This document shows positions 53,969 through 59,365 of a stretch of 59,365 nucleotides of DNA, one piece after another. This DNA is from Eubacteriales bacterium (GTDB lineage: Bacteria > Bacillota > Clostridia > Oscillospirales > CAG-272). The translations under genes were made by a program, and so were the position numbers. A model generated the notes under the pieces. The model was not told where the DNA came from, searched no databases, and saw only the letters and a list, made by a program, of their open reading frames with translations. The DNA lies in contig JAZNDG010000058.1 in NCBI GenBank assembly GCA_045587985.1, positions 1-59,365 of the forward strand. Reading direction: 5' to 3'. Numbering within the stretch: position 1 is the first letter of the stretch; each line of letters opens with the position of its first letter.

Positions 53969-55225
53969 ATGGGACTTATAAGAGCACTTGCCGCGGGCGC
54001 ATCCTCGGTGATGGCAGACCAGTGGCGCGAGTATTTCAGCTGTGATGCGCTAAATAACCGCGTTCTTGTCGCCAAGGGACAGTTAAAGACCAAGAAGCGC
54101 TCACTTTTCGGTGCGCGCAACAAGGCAAGCGAGGACATCATTTCAAACGGATCTGTCATCTCGGTGAACGAGGGGCAGGTGGCCCTGATCGTTTCGGACG
54201 GTAAGATCGTGGATTTCTGTGCCGAGGCGGGCTATTATAAGTGGGATGCATCGAGTGAGCCCTCCATGCTCTCGGGCAACTTCTTTCGCGGGATGATCGA
54301 CAGCTTCCGCCGCATCGGCTACCGCTTTACCTTCGGTGGCGATACGGGTGCTGTGCAAAGAGTCTATTACGTCAACGTCAAGGAGATCCTTGACAATAAA
54401 TTCGGCACCACCACTCCGATGGCCTATGACGATCCCTATTATAAGACCGCCCTTTATATCCGTTATTTCGGGCAGTACACCTTCAAGATCACCGATCCCA
54501 TCGTCTTCTTCTCAAGCATTGCGGGGAATGTGGCCGATACCTACACGGCCGACCTGCTTGCCGAGACGGCCAAGGATGAATTTATGACCGCCCTTGACAC
54601 GGCCCTTGCCGCCTGTGCGCGGGATGGTGTTAAGTTCAGCCAGCTGCCGACAAGACAGCGCGAGATCGCAAGGCATATGAGCGAAACGCTGGATACCGAG
54701 TGGCGCGAGCGGCGCGGCATTGAGATCGTTGCCTGCGCGCTTTCCAAGGTGACGCCGGATGACGAGAGCCGCCGCCGGATCGAGGAGTTTGATACCAACG
54801 TGATGCACGCAAATCCCGAGGCGATGGCGGGCGGTATGGCGTATGCCCAGATGCGCGCGATGCGGGATGCCGCAAGCAATGAGGCGGGCGCCATGACCGG
54901 CTTTATGGGCATCGGCATGGCGGCAAGCGCCATGGGCGCCGGCGCGCAGGATACCCTTCTTGACCGCGCGACCTCGCTTGCCAAGGAGAAGGAGGGTGGC
55001 GGCCGCAAATGTCCGAGGTGCGGCAAGAGCGCCGAGGGCAGGTTCTGCCCCGAGTGCGGCGAGAGGCTTTCGGAGGAGGGCTGGCTTTGCGCCTGCGGTG
55101 CAAGGGTAAGCGGCAAATTCTGCTCCGAATGCGGAAAGCCCCGCCCTGCGAGCTACACCTGCGCGTGCGGTTATACGGCAGAGGCCCCCTTCCGCTTCTG
55201 TCCCGAGTGCGGAAAGCAGCAATAA
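53969..55225 (+). CDS. SPFH-domain protein of the COG4260 (virion-core-protein-like) type with three C-terminal zinc ribbons
   Basis: ATG at 53969 after AGGAGGAAA. The N-terminus is MGLIRALAAGASSVMADQWREYFSCDAL..VLVAKGQ. The C-terminus is CPRCGKSAEGRFCPECG, CACGARVSGKFCSECG, CACGYTAEAPFRFCPECG. Confidence 0.75.
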   Translation: MGLIRALAAGASSVMADQWREYFSCDALNNRVLVAKGQLKTKKRSLFGARNKASEDIISNGSVISVNEGQVALIVSDGKIVDFCAEAGYYKWDASSEPSMLSGNFFRGMIDSFRRIGYRFTFGGDTGAVQRVYYVNVKEILDNKFGTTTPMAYDDPYYKTALYIRYFGQYTFKITDPIVFFSSIAGNVADTYTADLLAETAKDEFMTALDTALAACARDGVKFSQLPTRQREIARHMSETLDTEWRERRGIEIVACALSKVTPDDESRRRIEEFDTNVMHANPEAMAGGMAYAQMRAMRDAASNEAGAMTGFMGIGMAASAMGAGAQDTLLDRATSLAKEKEGGGRKCPRCGKSAEGRFCPECGERLSEEGWLCACGARVSGKFCSECGKPRPASYTCACGYTAEAPFRFCPECGKQQ

Positions 55226-55233
55226 AGAATAGC

Positions 55234-55258
55234 AAAAAGCACCCACAGGGTGCTTTTT
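55234..55258 (+). terminator. rho-independent terminator
   Basis: GCACCC-aca-GGGTGC followed by TTTTT. Confidence 0.7.
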
Positions 55259-55341
55259 GTGCCCTTGAAACGCATAACAAAAAACGCGTTATTTTTATTA
55301 TGATAAATAAAAAATGCAATGTCGGTTTCTCTGAATTGCAA

Positions 55342-55370
55342 TTGACTAACATCTTTAATGTTGATATGAT
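55342..55370 (+). promoter_or_regulatory. candidate promoter of nagA
   Basis: TTGACT (55342-55347), 17-nt spacer, TATGAT (55365-55370). Confidence 0.5.
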
Positions 55371-55456
55371 GTAGTTGAAACGGTATGATGGGAAGCCGTA
55401 TGCGCGCGGCGCGCGCCTGTTTGTCAATTCATAAAGACTTATCGGAGGATATGAGT

Positions 55457-56611
55457 ATGCTCAAAATTGAAAATGCCCGTGCGGTGCTTCCCGACCGTGT
55501 AGAAGAAACCAATGTTTACATAAAGGACGGCAGGATCGAGGCCGTTACCAAGGCCGATCTTGCGGCCGACCGCGTGCTCGATGCTCACGGCCGCTACCTT
55601 GCGCCCGGCTTTATCGATACGCACGTGCACGGCGGTGGCGGAGCTGATTTTATGGGCACGCCGGATGAGTACCGTAAGGCGGCCTCGCTTCACCTTGCCC
55701 ACGGCACCACCACCCTTTTGCCCACCACCATGGCCGCATCCTTTGATGCGATCGCCTCTGCCATCCGTTCCTATAAGGCGGTGGCTGCCGAGGCGGGGAA
55801 GGGGGATCTGCCGCATATGCCGGGGATGCACCTTGAGGGGCCGTATTTCGCGCTTGCCCAGGCAGGTGCCCAGCCCCCCGAGTTTATCTATCCGCCGCGC
55901 CCCTCGGAATACCGTGAGCTGATCGCGCTGGGTGAGGGTGCTATCTTAAAGTGGAGCTTTGCGCCCGAGCTTGCGGGGAGCGCCGAATTTTGCGATACCC
56001 TTGTAAAAAACGGCATCCGTCCGTCTGTCGGCCATACCGATGGAACGTACGAGGACGTTCTCCTTGCGTATGAGCACGGCACGAGGAGCCTGACGCATTT
56101 CTATTCCGCCATGACCACCGTGACCCGCCGCGCCGGCTTCAGGATCCCCGGTGTGATCGAGGCGGGGTATCTCCTTGACGATCTCTTCGTTGAGGTGATC
56201 GGGGATGGCTGCCATCTGCCCGCGCCCCTGCTCAAGATGATCCTTAAGGTCAAAACGCCCGACCGTATCATGCTGGTGACAGACGCGATTGCCGAGGCCT
56301 TCCTGCCCGAGGGGGTGGAGCTGCCCGGCTCGGGCCATGTGATTGAGGATGGGGTGGCCAAGATGGCCGACCGCACCTGCTTTGCGGGGAGTGTTGCCTC
56401 CTCCGACCGTATCGTGCGTACGATGGTGAAGCAGGCGGGGTGTGACATTCCCACCGCCGTGCGGATGATGACAAAGAACCCTGCCGAGTTTATGGGCTTT
56501 AAAAATAAGGGCACGCTGGCTGTCGGGTATGATGCCGACCTTGTGCTTTTCGGTGACGATATCGTGGTTGACACGGTGCTTGTCGGCGGTCGCATCGCCC
56601 TGGGGGCTTAA
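55457..56611 (+). CDS. nagA: N-acetylglucosamine-6-phosphate deacetylase
   Basis: ATG at 55457, 7 nt after GGAGGA. MLKIENARAVLPD...GFIDTHVHGGGGADFM is the amidohydrolase metal motif, and length is NagA-like. Confidence 0.85.
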   Translation: MLKIENARAVLPDRVEETNVYIKDGRIEAVTKADLAADRVLDAHGRYLAPGFIDTHVHGGGGADFMGTPDEYRKAASLHLAHGTTTLLPTTMAASFDAIASAIRSYKAVAAEAGKGDLPHMPGMHLEGPYFALAQAGAQPPEFIYPPRPSEYRELIALGEGAILKWSFAPELAGSAEFCDTLVKNGIRPSVGHTDGTYEDVLLAYEHGTRSLTHFYSAMTTVTRRAGFRIPGVIEAGYLLDDLFVEVIGDGCHLPAPLLKMILKVKTPDRIMLVTDAIAEAFLPEGVELPGSGHVIEDGVAKMADRTCFAGSVASSDRIVRTMVKQAGCDIPTAVRMMTKNPAEFMGFKNKGTLAVGYDADLVLFGDDIVVDTVLVGGRIALGA

Positions 56612-56712
56612 AAAGGCAGCCTCAAGGGGAGCGGCCGCAGGGAGAAAGACGGCGCCCCCGAATGCTACCGGCCGTATGGACCCGGCTTGGGACGCCTGGA
56701 ATTAAAAAGAGA

Positions 56713-56748
56713 AGGGATACAAGGCACACGCCTTGTATCCCTTTTTTT
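56713..56748. terminator. bidirectional rho-independent terminator
   Basis: A 12-bp stem AGGGATACAAGG-cacacg-CCTTGTATCCCT followed by T7. Confidence 0.75.
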
Positions 56749-56811
56749 GCCCCGCAGGGCGGGGGGCCTTGCCCCCCGCGTTCTGCACGCAGCGGGGGCG
56801 GTCCTACCGCT

Positions 56812-57003
56812 CTAACACCCGCAGCAGTCGTCCGCCCTTCTTTTTCCCATGACCGTATCCATGATCCCCCCGGTCATTTTAAGAAACGTGCATCTCTTCT
56901 TCATAAGAAGCATTCCGATTCCTGCCGTCATCGCCGCGCCGAAAAGGACACCGCAGAGCGGCGAAAGGATAATGATGATGCCCTTTCCTCCAAAACCAAG
57001 CAT
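56812..57003 (-). CDS. possible small Cys-rich membrane peptide (63 aa)
   Basis: ATG at 57001-57003, about 10 nt after AAAGGAA. It has one TM segment (GIIIILSPLCGVLFGAAMTAGIGMLLM), a basic stretch, and ends in DDCCGC. A GC hairpin and terminator lie downstream. I recognise no homology. Confidence 0.35.
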   Translation of the reverse strand: MLGFGGKGIIIILSPLCGVLFGAAMTAGIGMLLMKKRCTFLKMTGGIMDTVMGKRRADDCCGC

Positions 57004-57151
57004 TGCGTTTCTGTTCCTTTCATTCTTTTCTTTTTCTTTAGGATAAACAAAAAAAGAATGCCTTATGCGGGAAATGCACTTGCCTCTTGTAAAATTTTTC
57101 GGTATATGATATAGTAGAAGAAGAAAACAAAGGTCAAGGACGGTGAGTGCG

Positions 57152-58915
57152 ATGCAATGTAAGCGCTGCTATAAGGAATGGGAGCTTGAGGAAACCGGGC
57201 TCTTTTGTCCTGTATGCCACACACAGGCTCACCCCGATGCGGACGAGCTTTCGGCCCTTTTTCGCCGCGCCGCCTGTGCCGAGCAGGATAAGAAATATGA
57301 GGAGGCAAGCCGCCGCTATGCGCTCCTTGCCCTTGCCGGGGTCCCCGAGGGGGAGGAGGCGTATGCCAGATGCTTTGAAGCAGGGCTCGGTGTCCCGCGT
57401 GACCTTGCCCGCGCCGCCGATGGGTATCTTGACGCGGCCGAGCATGGCTCACCCCGCGCCGCCTATCGCCTCGGTCGGCTTCTTCGCGGGCGCTCCCGCC
57501 TTGCGGTGGGGCGTGGCTCGGCCGCCTTCTGGCTGTGTGCCGCCGCCGCTCTCGGGAGTGCCGATGCCGCCTGGCTCCTTGCCCGCCGCGGCAAAAAATA
57601 CGGCCTTGACGAAAAAGCGCGCCGCGCGATGCTTGCCTATGCCGCAAGCGAGGGGCATAAGGGGGCGATCCGCCGTCTGACGCGCACCTATCTTTGGGAG
57701 AAGGATCCGGCCTCGGCCCTTTCGGTATATAAAAAGCTGCCCTCTCCCGGTCGCATCGCTCTCCTTGTGCTTCGCCTTCTTTGTAAGGATGCACCCGCCG
57801 CCCTCTTGCCCGCACCCCTGCCGATGACGGCAGAGAGGATGCTCTTGCTTGGAGAGGAGGCGCTTGCAGGCGGCTTCCATGCCACCTCGCTCCGTCTTTT
57901 CCTGCTTGCGGCAGGGGAGGGCTCGCTCCCTGCGGCCATTTCGGTGGGCAGGGCGTATCACGAGGGGATCGGCACCCAGCCGAACCTTACCGTTGCCATT
58001 GATTTTTACCGCCGTGCCGCGCAGGGCGGCTCTGCCGAGGCGGCCTTTGCCCTTGCCTCTATCATGGAAAGCGAGAAGAAAAATCCTGCCGAGGCAGAGG
58101 TTTATTATCTCCGTGCCGCCGAGCTTGGGACTGCCGAGCATCAGTATGCCTTGGCCGAATTTTACCTTGAAAGAAATACGGCAGGGGAGGGCGTACGCCG
58201 TGCGGTGCCCTGGCTCCGCCGTGCTACGTCCGGCGGATGTCTGCCTGCCGCAGAGCGTCTTGCGGCGATCGATGCACACGTAAGTGAAACCTACCGCCGC
58301 GCGGTGGAGGAGCAGAAGGCGGGCAATGTGCAAAAGGCATTTGCTCTTTATGAGCGTGCCGCGGCGCTCGGCCACGCCGCCTCTCTTTCCAACCTCGGCT
58401 ACTGCTTACAAAAGGGGATCGGCTGTCAGGCTGATCCCGGAGCCGCCGCCCGTGCTTACCGTGAGGCCGTTGCCGCGGGGAGCGAGGTGGCAAGGGTGAA
58501 CCTTGCCGTATGCTATGTAAACGGCCTTGGTGTAGGACGGGATTTTTCTGCCGCCCGTGCGCTGCTTGAGGGGCTTTCGGATGCCTACCGCGATATGGCC
58601 GAACCCCTGCTTGCCTCGATTTCTGAGAATGCGGAAAGGAAAAGGGCACACCGCTTATATCTTCGCGCTGCCGCCGCGTATCACGCCGGCCGCGTGACGG
58701 AGGCCCTCCGCCTCCGCCTTGCCGCCGCCAAGGCAGGCTCTGCCCGCGCCGCCTATATGCTCGGCTGTCATTTCGAATTTGGTGACGGCGTAACCCTTGA
58801 CCGCGAAAAGGCCGCGGCCTGGTATGAGGCTGCCGCCGCATCCGGGTTTATGGACGAAGGGAGTCGGTTGAAGGGGGGGCATTTGAGGGAGGCCCGCCGC
58901 CTTTCGCAGGCATAA
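57152..58915 (+). CDS. Sel1-repeat (TPR-like) protein with N-terminal zinc ribbon
   Basis: MQCKRCYKEWELEETGLFCPVCH (CxxC...CxxC) is followed by many Sel1-type repeats (..A..WY..AA..G...A...LG.CY..G.GV..D). The track start 57143 is GTG. Confidence 0.75.
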   Translation: MQCKRCYKEWELEETGLFCPVCHTQAHPDADELSALFRRAACAEQDKKYEEASRRYALLALAGVPEGEEAYARCFEAGLGVPRDLARAADGYLDAAEHGSPRAAYRLGRLLRGRSRLAVGRGSAAFWLCAAAALGSADAAWLLARRGKKYGLDEKARRAMLAYAASEGHKGAIRRLTRTYLWEKDPASALSVYKKLPSPGRIALLVLRLLCKDAPAALLPAPLPMTAERMLLLGEEALAGGFHATSLRLFLLAAGEGSLPAAISVGRAYHEGIGTQPNLTVAIDFYRRAAQGGSAEAAFALASIMESEKKNPAEAEVYYLRAAELGTAEHQYALAEFYLERNTAGEGVRRAVPWLRRATSGGCLPAAERLAAIDAHVSETYRRAVEEQKAGNVQKAFALYERAAALGHAASLSNLGYCLQKGIGCQADPGAAARAYREAVAAGSEVARVNLAVCYVNGLGVGRDFSAARALLEGLSDAYRDMAEPLLASISENAERKRAHRLYLRAAAAYHAGRVTEALRLRLAAAKAGSARAAYMLGCHFEFGDGVTLDREKAAAWYEAAAASGFMDEGSRLKGGHLREARRLSQA

Positions 58916-59290
58916 ATTGCCGGGGACTTCGTTGTCGGGGCGCACGCTGACTTCGGCGTACGCGCAAGTACGCAGTCAGCCCGCGTGTCCCCTTCCGCCT
59001 AGTCCGCGACAATTTCTGCTCTGCGAACCCTCGCGGGTATGAATTGCCGGGGACTTCGTTGCCGGTCGCGCCCATGTTCGGTGCTGCCTCATAGTCGTCT
59101 GCTTTCGCCTGCGCTTGCTCGGCTCGGCACACTCCTTGAGTCGAGCACTTCGCTTCAAGAAAAAGCCCCACCGGGGCTTTTTCTCTTTGCTCGCCTTGAC
59201 GTATGTTCATATACGCCTTCGGCGCGGGTGTTTTCTTGCGCCTTGCCTCGCGACAATTTCTGCTCGGAGAGGCCTGCAATTCCCGTATGC
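58915..59290. repeat. mosaic of short interspersed repeats (C, D, B) and palindromes
   Basis: C is AATTGCCGGGGACTTCGTTG(T/C)CGG at 58915-58938 and 59041-59064. D is CGCGACAATTTCTGCTC at 59005-59021 and 59249-59265. B lies at 59105-59153 (identical to 25384-25432). The hairpin GCTGACT..GCGTAC-gcgcaa-GTACGC-AGTCAGC lies at about 58946-58980. A terminator-like AAAAAGCCCC-acc-GGGGCTTTTT lies at about 59160-59183. Confidence 0.85.
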
Positions 59291-59365
59291 ATCGTTGCTC
59301 TTTACAAGCCTCCCTTGTGTAAAGGGAGGTGGCACGGAACGTGACGGAGGGATTGTGCCCTGCCG
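59291..59365 (+). repeat. repeat element A, copy 3 (truncated by the window edge)
   Basis: As far as I could compare, it is identical to 24751-24825. Confidence 0.9.

Noticed and set aside
1-59365. Search for an integrase, transposase, relaxase, reverse transcriptase, cas gene, or tRNA/rRNA gene anywhere in the window.
   Set aside because: None of the supportable ORFs shows the corresponding motifs: no R..H..R..Y tyrosine-recombinase tail, no serine-recombinase N-terminus, no DDE/HUH blocks and no YxDD. No tRNA-like or rRNA-like sequence was seen in the intergenic regions.

Overview
GC-rich chromosomal segment. Gene content (DUF1846, Dabb, YitT, DUF3842, secG-rnr, ECF FolT behind a THF riboswitch) suggests a Clostridia, Oscillospiraceae/Ruminococcaceae-like Firmicute; this is inference only. 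I can support about 55 CDSs, one riboswitch, several promoters and terminators, and several repeat families.

Most of the window is ordinary housekeeping: addB (partial)-wHTH-nnr, an RluC/D-like synthase, dsdA, two RumA/TrmA-family rRNA methyltransferases, secG-rnr, an MsmX-like ATPase, tex-rsuA-like, folT-folC, a Na/Pi symporter, MFS, MarR plus two ABC exporter genes, and nagA.

What stands out:
1. 11.7-16.2 kb. The only AT-rich DNA in the window sits at the 3' ends of the two rumA paralogues.
- It carries a type II R-M pair: an HTH-fused C5 methyltransferase with a palindromic operator inside its own promoter, plus a convergent PD-(D/E)XK nuclease candidate.
- It also carries an orphan four-helix-bundle (Avd / 23S-IVS-protein-like) gene and an orphan rumA 3'-end fragment.
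- A 9-bp core is repeated 4.5 kb apart and a rumA leader segment is duplicated, yet no recombinase is present.
- A strictly alternating hairpin/heptamer ladder (GCGATAT x3-4, then ATATCGC x4) lies at 15949-16189.
2. A roughly 210-bp element with nested inverted repeats occurs three times (two tandem copies after rnr, one at the right edge), embedded in a mosaic of shorter interspersed repeats.
3. A tightly packed 8-gene plus-strand operon (42.3-53.3 kb): ABC-2 ATPase, GldF-like permease, two GldG-like proteins, DUF4340, two membrane-anchored trigger-factor-like proteins, and an embedded rnhA.
4. An Eco57I-like methyltransferase homologue with APPE in place of NPPY, divergent from a metallophosphoesterase homologue with degenerate metal-binding motifs.

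I could not identify a known defence or mobile system beyond the R-M pair. My best candidates for something undescribed are the rumA-end insertion with its hairpin/heptamer ladder, the repeat element, and the ABC-2/GldG/trigger-factor-like operon.

All family calls come from reading motifs by eye; no database search was run.
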